From: an uncultured Chitinophagaceae bacterium
GTDB lineage: Bacteria > Bacteroidota > Bacteroidia > Chitinophagales > Chitinophagaceae
Reading direction: 5' to 3'
Assembly (NCBI GenBank): GCA_963819925.1
Contig: CAWFYG010000005.1
Location: forward strand, 381,849 to 445,848
Length of the DNA stretch: 64,000 nucleotides
This document shows positions 29,836-40,404 of this stretch, piece by piece. The position numbers and the translations under genes are program-made. The notes beneath the pieces were generated by a model that was given only the letters and a program-made list of their open reading frames with translations, was not told where the DNA came from and searched no databases. Every line of letters starts with the position of its first letter. Position 1 is the first letter of the stretch.

Positions 29836-30138
29836 TTACCTTATCGGGTCATGCACGGTAACCAGTTTCGTGCCATCGGGAAAAGTTGCTTCAATCTGTA
29901 CTTCATGAATCATTTCCGGTATTCCTTCCATCACGTCATCACGGGTTAAAATGGTGGCGCCATATTGCATTAAATCGGCAACAGTTCTTCCGTCACGTGC
30001 CGCTTCCTGCAGGCGGCTGCTGATAAGTGCTATAGATTCAGGATAATTTAATTTTAAACCGCGTGCCTTGCGTTTTTCCGCCAGTTCTCCGGCAAGAAAT
30101 AATAATAATTTTTCGGTTTCTCTTGGTGTTAAATGCAT
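29836..30138 (-). CDS. ureA: Urease subunit gamma
   Basis: [35 protein letters not shown]. Confidence 0.99.
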   Translation of the reverse strand: MHLTPRETEKLLLFLAGELAEKRKARGLKLNYPESIALISSRLQEAARDGRTVADLMQYGATILTRDDVMEGIPEMIHEVQIEATFPDGTKLVTVHDPIR

Positions 30139-30259
30139 GAATTAAAATTCTGATTTTATTCACACCAGCAATCGCAGGTGTTAAATGTAAGAATATTTAA
30201 GAATATAAAAGCAAGGATACATAATTTTGGAATTATATACTTTATAGAAATTATTAACA

Positions 30260-30949
30260 ATGAAAACCGTAATTGTAACCGGTGCCACGGGTAATATGGG
30301 CAACGCCGTAATAAAAAAATTTATCTATGAAGGAAATTTTGTTGTTGGTACTGTAATTCCCAACGATAATACCCCGCTTAATTTCCCCGCTGATAAATTT
30401 GAAAAAGTAGTTGTTGACCTCGGAGATGAAGAGGCATCGGGAAAATTTGTTGAGGCTGTGATTTCAAAATATAAAAATATCGATGTGGCAATACTAACAG
30501 TGGGAGGCTTTGCAATGGGTTCAATTGCTGATACAAAAACAAGCGATGTTCTGAAACAATACAAATTGAATTTTGAAACCGCCTATAATGTTGCCCGACC
30601 GCTGTTTGTACAAATGATGAAACAGAACAATGGAAGAATTTTTATAATCGGATCTAAACCCGGCCTCGATGCAAGGAATGGTAAAGGCATGGTTGCCTAT
30701 GGTTTGGCAAAATCGTTGATTTTCCGTTTGGCCGAATTAATGAACCAGGAAGCGAAAGGCAAAAATGTTGTTACGAGTGTAGTTGTGCCAAGTACTATTG
30801 ATACACTTCCTAACCGCAAAGCAATGCCTGATGCTAATTTCGATAATTGGGTAAAACCCGAAGCCATCGCCGATGTTATTTACTGGCATTGCGCTGATGA
30901 AGCCAGTGTTCTTCGGGAACCGGTTTTGAAAGTTTATAATAAAGCATAA
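30260..30949 (+). CDS. SDR family oxidoreductase
   Basis: TGATGNMG Rossmann motif; YGLAK (YxxxK); PSTIDT. Confidence 0.9.
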   Translation: MKTVIVTGATGNMGNAVIKKFIYEGNFVVGTVIPNDNTPLNFPADKFEKVVVDLGDEEASGKFVEAVISKYKNIDVAILTVGGFAMGSIADTKTSDVLKQYKLNFETAYNVARPLFVQMMKQNNGRIFIIGSKPGLDARNGKGMVAYGLAKSLIFRLAELMNQEAKGKNVVTSVVVPSTIDTLPNRKAMPDANFDNWVKPEAIADVIYWHCADEASVLREPVLKVYNKA

Positions 30950-30990
30950 ATTTTCTTAAACAACCCAGGATTTAAATAATCGTTTAATTA

Positions 30991-32793
30991 TCATTTTATG
31001 CTTGCCGCCCATGCATCCATTTTACTTTCCAATATATCTAATGGCATTACCCCATCTTTCAATAATTCGTCATGAAAATCTGAAAGCTTAAACTTGTTCC
31101 CTAATTGCTTTTCATATTTTTCCCTAAGCTCTCTTATTTTTATTGCTCCAATTTTATAACTCAATGCCTGTCCCGGTATTACCATATAGCGCTCTATTTC
31201 AGCGGTAGCGCCCTGTTCGCTCATGGCTTCATTGTCCATCATATATTTAATCGCTTCTTCTCTCGTCATTCCCTTCAAATGCATTCCTACATCAACTACA
31301 AGCCTGATGCCCCGGAGAATATCATCGCCCAATGCGCCCATATATTGATATGGATCTGTGTATAACCCCAGTTCTTTCCCCAACGATTCGCAATACAATG
31401 CCCAACCTTCACCCATGGCGCCATACCATGCAAATCGTCTGAACTTTGGAAGGCTGGTATCTTCCTGTTGCAATGATATCTGGTAGTGATGGCCCGGGAT
31501 TGCTTCATGCAAAAAAAGTGATTCCATACCTGAAGTTGTGTTGAATTTTGTCGCATCCAAAATAGGTACATAAAAAATTCCGGGCCTGCTTCCATCTGGG
31601 GAACCCTGGTTATATTCAGCACTGGCGCTGGCTGCACGAAATGCTTCTGTTTGCCTTATTTCGAAAGGTGTTTTTGGCGTGCGTCCAAACATTTTTTTAA
31701 GGTTGGGATCAATGCGTTTTTGAATTTCTCTAAAGGCGTTCAATACGTCTTCAGGCGTTTTGTAAGGCATGAACTTTTTATCGGTTTTCATGTATTCGAA
31801 AAATGATTTCAAGTCGCCTTTAAAACCTGTCTCACCTTTTACTCTTTCCATTTCAGCCCGTATTCTTTTTACTTCAGAAAGGCCGGTGTTATAAATTTCA
31901 TCCGGTGTTTTGTTGGTGGTAGTCCAGTACCTGGTTAAATAGTCGTAAATTTTTTCCCCTTTGGGTAAGGCGCTATATCCCGTCGAAGTTCTGGCAGCGG
32001 GCAAGTATTCATTTTTTAAAAACGATCCTAGTTTTTTATATGATGGAATGAGGTAAGTATTAATCGCGTATGCATATTTTTGGAACATCTCTTTTTTTAA
32101 TGAATCGCTGAATGATACAGGAAACATTTTAACCGGGCCATAGAAAATATTTTTTGATGTATCGGTAACCGTCATCGCTTTCATCTGCGGAATCATTTTT
32201 AATACAATTGCTTTTGGTAAAACATAATTTGCTTTGATTCCTTTTTTAAAACCAACAATTGCGGAATCGCTCCATGCGGAAAATTGCTTCATCCTGCTTA
32301 GCCAGTTGTTATAATCATTTTCTGTTTTAAACGGCTGAACACCTTCACCGGATCCTAACTGGCCCATCGTGATGGGTAATCCCCAAAATTGTTGGAACGG
32401 AATATATAAGCAGGCCATTTCTGAGGGATATAGTATATTTAGATCCAATGCTTCCAATTGCATTTTCATTTCACGATGAAAAATTTTATAACTGATCAAA
32501 TCATTTTCATCAAGTGTTGATGTATCGTATTTTTCAACTTCATTTAAATACTTAGTATAGAAATTGCGCAGCGCATCTTTATAAGATTCAGTTATATAAA
32601 TTGGTAACTGATCGTTATACCGGTTATCACCATTTTGTGTTGCCTCTAGCGGATACAACTTCATGCGGTCTTCATAGTAATCATCAAACATTTTATTGAG
32701 AGCAGCATTATTCCTATTTGTCGAAGTTGAAGCTGGCTGATTGCAGCCTGTTATACTAAGTAAAACCAGAGCGATAAAAACTAATTTATTCAT
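30991..32793 (-). CDS. DUF885 family lipoprotein
   Basis: Lipobox SITGC; LFLHEAIPGHHYQ, EGWALYCE, RLVVDVGMH, PGQALSYKIG. Confidence 0.92.
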   Translation of the reverse strand: MNKLVFIALVLLSITGCNQPASTSTNRNNAALNKMFDDYYEDRMKLYPLEATQNGDNRYNDQLPIYITESYKDALRNFYTKYLNEVEKYDTSTLDENDLISYKIFHREMKMQLEALDLNILYPSEMACLYIPFQQFWGLPITMGQLGSGEGVQPFKTENDYNNWLSRMKQFSAWSDSAIVGFKKGIKANYVLPKAIVLKMIPQMKAMTVTDTSKNIFYGPVKMFPVSFSDSLKKEMFQKYAYAINTYLIPSYKKLGSFLKNEYLPAARTSTGYSALPKGEKIYDYLTRYWTTTNKTPDEIYNTGLSEVKRIRAEMERVKGETGFKGDLKSFFEYMKTDKKFMPYKTPEDVLNAFREIQKRIDPNLKKMFGRTPKTPFEIRQTEAFRAASASAEYNQGSPDGSRPGIFYVPILDATKFNTTSGMESLFLHEAIPGHHYQISLQQEDTSLPKFRRFAWYGAMGEGWALYCESLGKELGLYTDPYQYMGALGDDILRGIRLVVDVGMHLKGMTREEAIKYMMDNEAMSEQGATAEIERYMVIPGQALSYKIGAIKIRELREKYEKQLGNKFKLSDFHDELLKDGVMPLDILESKMDAWAASIK

Positions 32794-32918
32794 AGTTGAT
32801 TTTTGTGGTGGCTAAACTAATAATTAATTAAGAACAAAAATATTTTAGATGATGAATGGCTCAACCCAAAAGACCTATGTAGTTACCATCTGCCAATTAA
32901 ATATTTGGTACTATTATT

Positions 32919-32926
32919 TAGCTTTG
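32919..32926 (+). promoter_or_regulatory. -7 box (TAGCTTTG)
   Basis: Exact TAnnTTTG 19 nt upstream of the TfoX-family ATG. Confidence 0.55.
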
Positions 32927-32945
32927 AATTAAATAATCAACAACC

Positions 32946-33293
32946 ATGGCTTACAACGAAAAACTCGCAGTCAAAGTAAGGACCGCACTTGCACATTTAT
33001 CGAACGTGGAAGAAAAGAAAATGTTTCGGGGTATTACATTTATGGTAGATGGGAAAATGTGTATTAGTGTTGGTGACAATGAAATAATGTGTCGTATCGA
33101 TCGTGAATTGCATGAATTATCTGTTAAGAAAAACGGTTGTCGTTCAGTCATTATGAAAGGACGTGAATATAAAGGTTATGTTTACGTGAATGAAGAAGGG
33201 ATGAAAATAAAAAAGGATTTTGACTATTGGATTGGCCTTGCTCTTGAGTTTAATAAAAAAGCCAAAGCATCGAAGAAAAAAGTAAAAAAATGA
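32946..33293 (+). CDS. TfoX/Sxy N-terminal domain protein
   Basis: EEKKMFRGITFMVDGKMC, MKGREYKGYVYV, WIGLALEFN. Confidence 0.85.
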   Translation: MAYNEKLAVKVRTALAHLSNVEEKKMFRGITFMVDGKMCISVGDNEIMCRIDRELHELSVKKNGCRSVIMKGREYKGYVYVNEEGMKIKKDFDYWIGLALEFNKKAKASKKKVKK

Positions 33294-33354
33294 TGCTCTG
33301 CAACAATGCCATCCAAAAACCTGTCATTTTCATGAGCTACAGGAATGGTAAATG

Positions 33355-33828
33355 TTATGTAGTAGTGTATATTTTGTGCAACGATAAACACGAAAAAATT
33401 ACTCCTGTAAAAACTATTAAACTTCGTAACCAGTTCATGGTGCTCCATCCTTTCCATGCCTTTTGGAGAGCGTCGATATTTGTAAGTTGAGCTGTCTTGA
33501 ACATGATATCATTTCTGGGGTAGAAATAGGAAAACGTAAATACATCAGCTAAAATATAAAGTATAAGGGCAGTGAGTAAATACCACCTTGCACCTGGATT
33601 TGATTTCCAAAAAACAATGAGAACTACGACTGCTAACACCTGGTTGACGGGAGAAAAAACTCTGAAAAAATTTCCCGGATTTACGGATTGATAATATTGC
33701 CTTGTTATCTCAATGGATTGAGGAATGTTACTTCCCCATGATCTTGCATCAATTAAAGAATTGTAAATATTAGTAAGTAATAATCCGCTTGCTATAATTA
33801 TTGATGTGAATAATAATCCGTTTTTCAT
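33355..33828 (-). CDS. DUF1772 / anthrone-oxygenase-like membrane protein
   Basis: Four hydrophobic helices, YFYPRNDIM, WSTMNWLRS; start placed at ATG 33828. Confidence 0.7.
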   Translation of the reverse strand: MKNGLLFTSIIIASGLLLTNIYNSLIDARSWGSNIPQSIEITRQYYQSVNPGNFFRVFSPVNQVLAVVVLIVFWKSNPGARWYLLTALILYILADVFTFSYFYPRNDIMFKTAQLTNIDALQKAWKGWSTMNWLRSLIVFTGVIFSCLSLHKIYTTT

Positions 33829-33877
33829 TTCTCTTTTTAGGCCAAAGTTGGCTATCAGCAGGAATAGAAAATTGTAT

Positions 33878-34678
33878 TTAACGGACATTTTCATAAAAAT
33901 GACCGGGTACATTGCTTTTAAGTTTTTTGTATGCTCCGGGAGTAATTGCTGCAAAAGACTTAAAGGTTTTTATGAAGTGAGATTGATCTGCAAATTGACA
34001 TTGATAGGCAATTTGCGTTAGTGAAAGTTTTGTGTGATGGATAAGGTTAATCGATTGAAGATATTTTTTATAGAGTAGTGTTGTTTCTAAATTCATCCCG
34101 GTTAGAGAATGAATTTTCCTGGAAAGATGTCTTGGCGAGTAACATAACAAATTGGATAGCTCTGCTACTGACGGAATTTCATTATGAGAATCATTCAAAA
34201 AATGATTAAATAACTGATCGCGATAGCTTATATCGAAGTATTGCCTTTTAACCCAGGTTGAAATAAGAGCAACTCTTTTATAAAATGATTTTTGCTCCGC
34301 AAGTCGATGCCATAGTGAATTATAGCTTTTGTCAAGTAATGTAAGGTCAATAGCCTGGTTGGCGAACTCACTTGCCGGAACGCGAAAAATATTTTTAACA
34401 GAAGACGGATGAAAACGTACGCCAAAAAAAGTGTGCCTTTCGGGAAGTTGCAATTGAATGGTGCAGGTATTAAAGCCATTAATCAGGCACCTGGCAATTT
34501 CATGTTCCTTTTCACCAACTTTTGTCTGGATGCTTTCAGAAAAATTGAAAATGATCTCAAAAACGCCTTTGGGTATAATGATCTCTTTTTTAAATTCTGT
34601 ATATCGGTCAACCTGCCAAAAAGATCGGATTATTTCCTTTAAATAAATTTCCTTTGGAATGTAGAAATTATTTTCCAT
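33878..34678 (-). CDS. AraC family transcriptional regulator (DUF6597-like N-terminus)
   Basis: FGVRFHP; C-terminal HTH LTQIAYQCQFADQSHFIKTFKSFAAITPGAY. Confidence 0.92.
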   Translation of the reverse strand: MENNFYIPKEIYLKEIIRSFWQVDRYTEFKKEIIIPKGVFEIIFNFSESIQTKVGEKEHEIARCLINGFNTCTIQLQLPERHTFFGVRFHPSSVKNIFRVPASEFANQAIDLTLLDKSYNSLWHRLAEQKSFYKRVALISTWVKRQYFDISYRDQLFNHFLNDSHNEIPSVAELSNLLCYSPRHLSRKIHSLTGMNLETTLLYKKYLQSINLIHHTKLSLTQIAYQCQFADQSHFIKTFKSFAAITPGAYKKLKSNVPGHFYENVR

Positions 34679-34818
34679 GGGGACACCAAATTATTTACTA
34701 TACATTCAAATTTAGAAGAATGGTTTGTTTCAGTTTTATTAAAAATTAAATTTTATTATCGTCTATGAAATATATAATATTTGCATGATTAAATTTATCA
34801 TGGCACTGTAAAATATTT

Positions 34819-35982
34819 CTACCGCAAAAGCTCTGCAATTAAAATTCCAAGGTAAGTGCCGATCGCATTTCCAATTGATCCAGCCAATATACCCGGTAGC
34901 TGAAGTTCAGAACGACCGAGACTCACAGCACATACCGGCGCTGTGGTCGCTCCTGCGATATTTGCATTACTTGCAATTGATACAATATCCCAATCCTGTT
35001 TTAATATGCCGCCGATAGAAAAAATTATGATGCCATGTATTAATACGAGAATAGCATCCCATAATAATAAAGTGCCTGCAACTTCACCATTTTGAATTAA
35101 GGCATGGATATCACAAAATGCACCGATAACCCCGAGAAAGATCATAATCATCAACAAGCCTAAAATTTTGGAACCTTTTAATTTTTGAACGAAAGGGATT
35201 TGGGCAAATATTAATGCAAGAGTAGTTAATACAAGTATGGATGGTATTTGAGGTACATACCGGGTTACGATTAAACCTATAAACATACTGCCAAATCCCA
35301 GCGCCAGCAGCAAGGCAATATCTGTGACTGTTATCTCTGGTTTTGCATGGCTGATAAAACTGTCAATATCAACATCTGAAATTCCTTTTAATTCGGGAGG
35401 AATTATTTTTTTTCTTGGAAAGTGCTTTTGCAAAATTGGCGGGAAAAAGATGGTGATAAATATCCAGGCGGCTGTGATGATATTATCAACAGCATTTACG
35501 GCTGCAAAGAGATTCCCGTTTTTATTTACACCATATTGTAAAGCCACGGCGCTAAGATTTGCCCCGCCACCAATATAGGTTCCTGTGAACATTCCTGCAA
35601 CTGCATAGGCCTGGCTTACATGATGACGTTGCGGAGACACAATCCGGTAACTGATAACAACAGCCGCGACAGATGCGGCCGCACCAACAAGAAACATCAG
35701 CATCATGGGAAGTCCCGCCAGTTTCAGATCTTTAATTCTAATATCGATCAATAAAAAGAATATCCCTAACGGCGCCAGGTATTCGAATATCTTGCCGTAC
35801 AATGGAGGTGCGTTGTCGGATGATGGGATAATCTTTAGATTGGATAATATCGCGGCTCCAATTATGATGATTAATACCGATCCAATATGTTTAAAAAATT
35901 TCTTTTGCGCAAGCCATTCGGAGAATACGATCAATAACAAAAAAACGCAAATAAGGTAAGCAGGCTGTTGAATAAATGACAT
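34819..35982 (-). CDS. DUF819 family membrane protein
   Basis: Polytopic; GTYIGGGANL, ASNANIAGATTA, GNAIGTYLG. Confidence 0.85.
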   Translation of the reverse strand: MSFIQQPAYLICVFLLLIVFSEWLAQKKFFKHIGSVLIIIIGAAILSNLKIIPSSDNAPPLYGKIFEYLAPLGIFFLLIDIRIKDLKLAGLPMMLMFLVGAAASVAAVVISYRIVSPQRHHVSQAYAVAGMFTGTYIGGGANLSAVALQYGVNKNGNLFAAVNAVDNIITAAWIFITIFFPPILQKHFPRKKIIPPELKGISDVDIDSFISHAKPEITVTDIALLLALGFGSMFIGLIVTRYVPQIPSILVLTTLALIFAQIPFVQKLKGSKILGLLMIMIFLGVIGAFCDIHALIQNGEVAGTLLLWDAILVLIHGIIIFSIGGILKQDWDIVSIASNANIAGATTAPVCAVSLGRSELQLPGILAGSIGNAIGTYLGILIAELLR

Positions 35983-36271
35983 AGTTAGTATAACTAATAT
36001 TATTCAATGTAAGAATTTTTTGCTGTAAATAAACTTTGGAATTACTACCTGGAGTGAAAAAATATAGAAATGTTACTGGTAGAATTAAATAAAAAACTCC
36101 CCGTTACCAGGGAGATTTGGTTAGTAAAATCTATTTTGTGATTTCAGATATATAACGGTTGTGTCACCGATTTATTTTAAGATGCCCTGTTTATTTTGCT
36201 GCTCAATAATTGAGATATTATTTCTTATAAATAACTAACTTGCTCCTTCGTTTTTAATTAAACCATATAAC

Positions 36272-37162
36272 ATGAAAAAGATTGCTTTTCTCTTCGTTAG
36301 TTGTGTTTGTATCATTGCTTTAATAAAATGCAACTCTTCAACTTCAAACAACAACTCAACAACTGATTCAACTACCGCAGGCACGACCGAGACAAGTGAT
36401 ATAACAGCCAATTGGAAGCTCGGCGTTCAAATGTGGACCTTTAAGGAGTTCACTTTTGCAGATGCGCTTGACAAAGTAGATAGTGCAGGCGTAAAATATA
36501 TTGAAGCATTTTGGGGCCAGCCTCTTGGTGCCGGAATGAAGGATAGTTTTGGAATAAGAATGAGTGATGAAAGCAAAGGCAAACTAAAACAATTGCTTCA
36601 GCAAAAAGGTATAAGTATCGTTGCAATGGGAGTTATTGTTCCTAAAACACGTGACGAATGGAAACAGGCTTTTGATCTTGCAAAAGAATTTGGATTGAGC
36701 TATGTTACTGCTGAGCCACTCAAAAATCAATGGGATATGGTTGATAGTATGGCGGGTGCTTATGGCATTAAGGTAGCCATTCATGATCATCCGAAACCGA
36801 ATGTTTATTGGAGTCCGGATTCAGTTCTTGCGGCAACTGTCGGTCACCCAAATATTGGTTCTTGTGCTGATGTCGGCCATTGGGCACGCAATGGCATTAA
36901 CCCGGTTGACGCCCTGAAAAAACTGGAAGGCCTTGTATTTGGTGTACATCTAAAAGACATTAAAAAATTTGATGATACAAAAGCCGAAGACACTATTGTA
37001 GGTAAGGGCGTGATTGATTTCCCTCCAATATTCCAGGAATTGAAGCGCCAGCATTTCAGCGGCATGCTTTCGATAGAACATGAATCTAACTGGTATCATA
37101 GTGTGCCGGACATTATAGAAACAGTAAAATTTTATAACGACCAGGTTGCAAAGCTGAAATAG
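36272..37162 (+). CDS. Sugar phosphate isomerase/epimerase (xylose isomerase-like TIM barrel) lipoprotein
   Basis: Lipobox-like Cys; VAIHDH, CADVGHW, VHLKD, LSIEHE metal ligands. Confidence 0.85.
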   Translation: MKKIAFLFVSCVCIIALIKCNSSTSNNNSTTDSTTAGTTETSDITANWKLGVQMWTFKEFTFADALDKVDSAGVKYIEAFWGQPLGAGMKDSFGIRMSDESKGKLKQLLQQKGISIVAMGVIVPKTRDEWKQAFDLAKEFGLSYVTAEPLKNQWDMVDSMAGAYGIKVAIHDHPKPNVYWSPDSVLAATVGHPNIGSCADVGHWARNGINPVDALKKLEGLVFGVHLKDIKKFDDTKAEDTIVGKGVIDFPPIFQELKRQHFSGMLSIEHESNWYHSVPDIIETVKFYNDQVAKLK

Positions 37163-37194
37163 TTTTGAGATACGGTTATCACACATTCTTGTCA

Positions 37195-38601
37195 ATGAAA
37201 TATAAAGTGAAATATTTTATTGCGATTCTTCTTGTAACAGGGATTACAAACGTATATGCACAGACGAAGAATGGGATTGATGTTTGGCTAACGAATTCTG
37301 ATAAATCAGCTTTATTCCAACACCAGGACAAGCAATTACCATTTGATGCTCCACGAGGTAACAACGCCGTAATTACTGTGAATGATAAACAAACCTATCA
37401 ATCAATGGTGGGTTTTGGTTTTGCTTTAACCGGGGGAAGCGCCATTGCAATTATACATATGGATGCTGAAAGCCGCTCCAAATTATTACACCAAATATTT
37501 TCAACACGTGACGATGATATAGGAGTAAGCTATCTTCGGTTAAGCATCGGTTCCTCCGATTTAAATGATCATCCATTTTCTTATGATGATGTGCCTGATG
37601 GTGAAACCGATGTTAATATGGATAAGTTTGATCTTGGTCCCGATAAAAAGGATGTGATACCGGTTATGAAAGAAATACTGGCGATCAATCCTTCCATAAA
37701 AATATTAGGTTCTCCGTGGTCACCGCCTAAATGGATGAAAACAAATGATGATACGAGGGGTGGCAGATTGAAGCCGGAATACTATGCGGCTTATGCAAAG
37801 TATTTTGTGAAATACATTCAACAAATGAAAGCTGAGGGTATTACTATTGATGCGATTACAGTACAAAATGAACCATTACATCCGGGAAATAATCCGAGTC
37901 TTTTGCTAACCGCTCCTGAAGAAAAAGATTTTGTGAAATATAATTTGGGCCCAGCCTTCAAAGCAGCCGGTATAAGAACAAAAATTCTTATTTACGATCA
38001 TAATGCGGACCGGCCGGATTATCCCATTACCATCCTCGACGATCCCGAAGCGGCTAAATATATAGATGGCTCTGCCTTTCATTTATATGGCGGAGAAGTA
38101 AATGCATTTACAGAAGTACACAACGCACATCCCGACAAGAATATTTATTTCACGGAACAGATGGTGGTTCAGTTTCATGATACTGCAAGAATGATAATAG
38201 CTGAACCGGTAAGTCGTGTTATTATCGGTGCTACCCGTAACTGGTGTCGCAATGTGCTCGAATGGAATCTCGCTGCCGGACCTGATTTTAAGCCTTATAC
38301 TGACAGAGGCGGTTGTTCGATGTGCCAGGGTGCGGTTACGATTAGCGGTAACGATTACACGAGAAATATTGCTTATTATTCGATGGCTCATATTTCAAAG
38401 TTTGTGAGGCCAGGCTCTGTGCGCATTTCATCAAATAATATTGAAACATTGCCCAATGTAGCATTTACAACACCCGGCAATAAGAAAGTGTTGATTGTTG
38501 CGAATGACAATAATAGTCCGCAAACTTTCACCATAAGTTATAACGGGAAAAATGCTTCGGCAACATTAGAAGGAAAGGCCGTAGCAACATACGTTTGGTA
38601 A
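37195..38601 (+). CDS. GH30 glycoside hydrolase (glucosylceramidase / beta-1,6-glucanase-like)
   Basis: GFGFALT, LRLSIGSSD, SPWSPP, TVQNEP (acid/base), YFTEQ (nucleophile), EWNLA. Confidence 0.92.
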   Translation: MKYKVKYFIAILLVTGITNVYAQTKNGIDVWLTNSDKSALFQHQDKQLPFDAPRGNNAVITVNDKQTYQSMVGFGFALTGGSAIAIIHMDAESRSKLLHQIFSTRDDDIGVSYLRLSIGSSDLNDHPFSYDDVPDGETDVNMDKFDLGPDKKDVIPVMKEILAINPSIKILGSPWSPPKWMKTNDDTRGGRLKPEYYAAYAKYFVKYIQQMKAEGITIDAITVQNEPLHPGNNPSLLLTAPEEKDFVKYNLGPAFKAAGIRTKILIYDHNADRPDYPITILDDPEAAKYIDGSAFHLYGGEVNAFTEVHNAHPDKNIYFTEQMVVQFHDTARMIIAEPVSRVIIGATRNWCRNVLEWNLAAGPDFKPYTDRGGCSMCQGAVTISGNDYTRNIAYYSMAHISKFVRPGSVRISSNNIETLPNVAFTTPGNKKVLIVANDNNSPQTFTISYNGKNASATLEGKAVATYVW

Positions 38602-38637
38602 ATGGTTTCATCACTTTGGCCGGGTAAAATATTTACT

Positions 38638-40404
38638 ATGTACAAAAAATTATTTTCGGGGAAAATCTTTCAGTATACTGTTTTATTTTTTTTGCCACTG
38701 ATAATTTTAAATGAATTGTCGGCTCAGGGTTTTTTAAAAGCTGATGGGAAAAAAATTGTAAATGCAAAAGGACAAAATGTTCTGTTAAGAGGAGAGGGCC
38801 TTGGCGGATGGATGTTGCAGGAGGGTTATATGCTGGGAATTCATAAAGATGCACAGCAAAATAAGATCAGGTCGAAGATTGAAGACTTGATGGGACCGAA
38901 AGAAACAGAAGAATTCTATGATGCATGGCTACATAATTTCATCCAAAAAACAGATATTGATTCTATGCACATGTGGGGCTTTAATTCCGTTCGATTACCC
39001 ATGCACTATAACCTTTACACGTTACCGGTAGATAAAGAACCTGTGGCCGGACAGAATACCTGGCTTGATAAAGGGTTTGCATTAACCGATAGTTTATTGA
39101 GATGGTGCAAAGCAAACCACATGTATCTTATTTTGGATTTACATGCTGCGCCTGGTGGCCAGGGTAATGATATAAATATTTCTGATCGTGACCCCGATAA
39201 ACCTTCATTGTGGCAGAGTGAAGCGAATCAACAAAAGACAATAGCACTTTGGAAAAAATTGGCCGAACGTTATAAAAATGAGCAATGGATTGGTGGCTAC
39301 GATATTTTAAATGAACCTAATTGGGGCTTTACGGATAGTGTAAACGATCGTAACGGAACTAAGGAAAAAAATAATGAACCGATAAGAGGATTATTTCAGC
39401 AAATAACAAGTGCTATTCGATCTGTTGACAAAAATCATCTCATAATTATTGAAGGCAATGGGTGGGGAAACAATTACAGTGGGATTTTGCCTACATGGGA
39501 TAAAAACATGGTGTTGAGTTTTCATAAATACTGGAACTATAATAAACCAGAAAATATTGAACGAATCATCGATGCCCGCAATAAATATAATGTTCCTGTG
39601 TGGTTAGGTGAAACCGGTGAAAATTCTAATGTGTGGTATACCGAGGAAATACGTTTGCTTGAAACGAATAATATTGGTTGGTCTATGTGGCCATTAAAGA
39701 AAATGGGGGTTAACAATCCATTGGAAATACAATCAAACCTGAATTATAATGCGGTAAAAAATTATTTGAACGGAGATGGGAAAAAACCAAAAGAGAGTGA
39801 TGTGTACAGCGGATTGCTTGAACTTGCCGTGTATGCAAAAGAAGAAAATAATATTTTTCATAAAGACGTAATTGATGCAATGTTTCGACAGCCATTTTCA
39901 GCGGAGGCAATTCCGTTTCACTCTTATAATTTAAAAGACAGTTTGTTGATTAATGCGGTTGACTATGATTTAGGCAGGAATGGAATTGCTTATTATGATT
40001 TGGACACAGCTAACTACAGTGATCCGGGCAATAGAAATGTTGGCAACAGGGGTCACGTGTATCGCAACGATGGAGTTGATATTTATAAAGATTCATCAAA
40101 ATATAATACTTATTACGTTGGGAGCATTGAAGATGGAGAATGGTTGCAATACACGATTAATGTATCCAAAAGCGGGAATTATAATTTTAGTTTTACAATT
40201 GCTTCCGTCAATGAAAGCGGAAAACTGTCTATCAGTTCTAATGGAAAATTAATAGCGAAAGAAGTTAATGTTCCAACTACGGGAAACATGGAGACGTGGC
40301 AAACTGTTACTGTAAAAAATATTCATTTACCGAAAGGGCAAAACAGAATAAGAATACAAGCGATTAAAGGTGGCTATAATTTAGAAACTATTGAGATCAA
40401 TTGA
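38638..40404 (+). CDS. GH5 glycoside hydrolase with C-terminal CBM6-like module
   Basis: FNSVRLPMHY, LDLHAAPGGQ, ILNEP, FHKY, WLGETGEN; C-terminal GEWLQYTINV...GYNL. Confidence 0.9.
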   Translation: MYKKLFSGKIFQYTVLFFLPLIILNELSAQGFLKADGKKIVNAKGQNVLLRGEGLGGWMLQEGYMLGIHKDAQQNKIRSKIEDLMGPKETEEFYDAWLHNFIQKTDIDSMHMWGFNSVRLPMHYNLYTLPVDKEPVAGQNTWLDKGFALTDSLLRWCKANHMYLILDLHAAPGGQGNDINISDRDPDKPSLWQSEANQQKTIALWKKLAERYKNEQWIGGYDILNEPNWGFTDSVNDRNGTKEKNNEPIRGLFQQITSAIRSVDKNHLIIIEGNGWGNNYSGILPTWDKNMVLSFHKYWNYNKPENIERIIDARNKYNVPVWLGETGENSNVWYTEEIRLLETNNIGWSMWPLKKMGVNNPLEIQSNLNYNAVKNYLNGDGKKPKESDVYSGLLELAVYAKEENNIFHKDVIDAMFRQPFSAEAIPFHSYNLKDSLLINAVDYDLGRNGIAYYDLDTANYSDPGNRNVGNRGHVYRNDGVDIYKDSSKYNTYYVGSIEDGEWLQYTINVSKSGNYNFSFTIASVNESGKLSISSNGKLIAKEVNVPTTGNMETWQTVTVKNIHLPKGQNRIRIQAIKGGYNLETIEIN

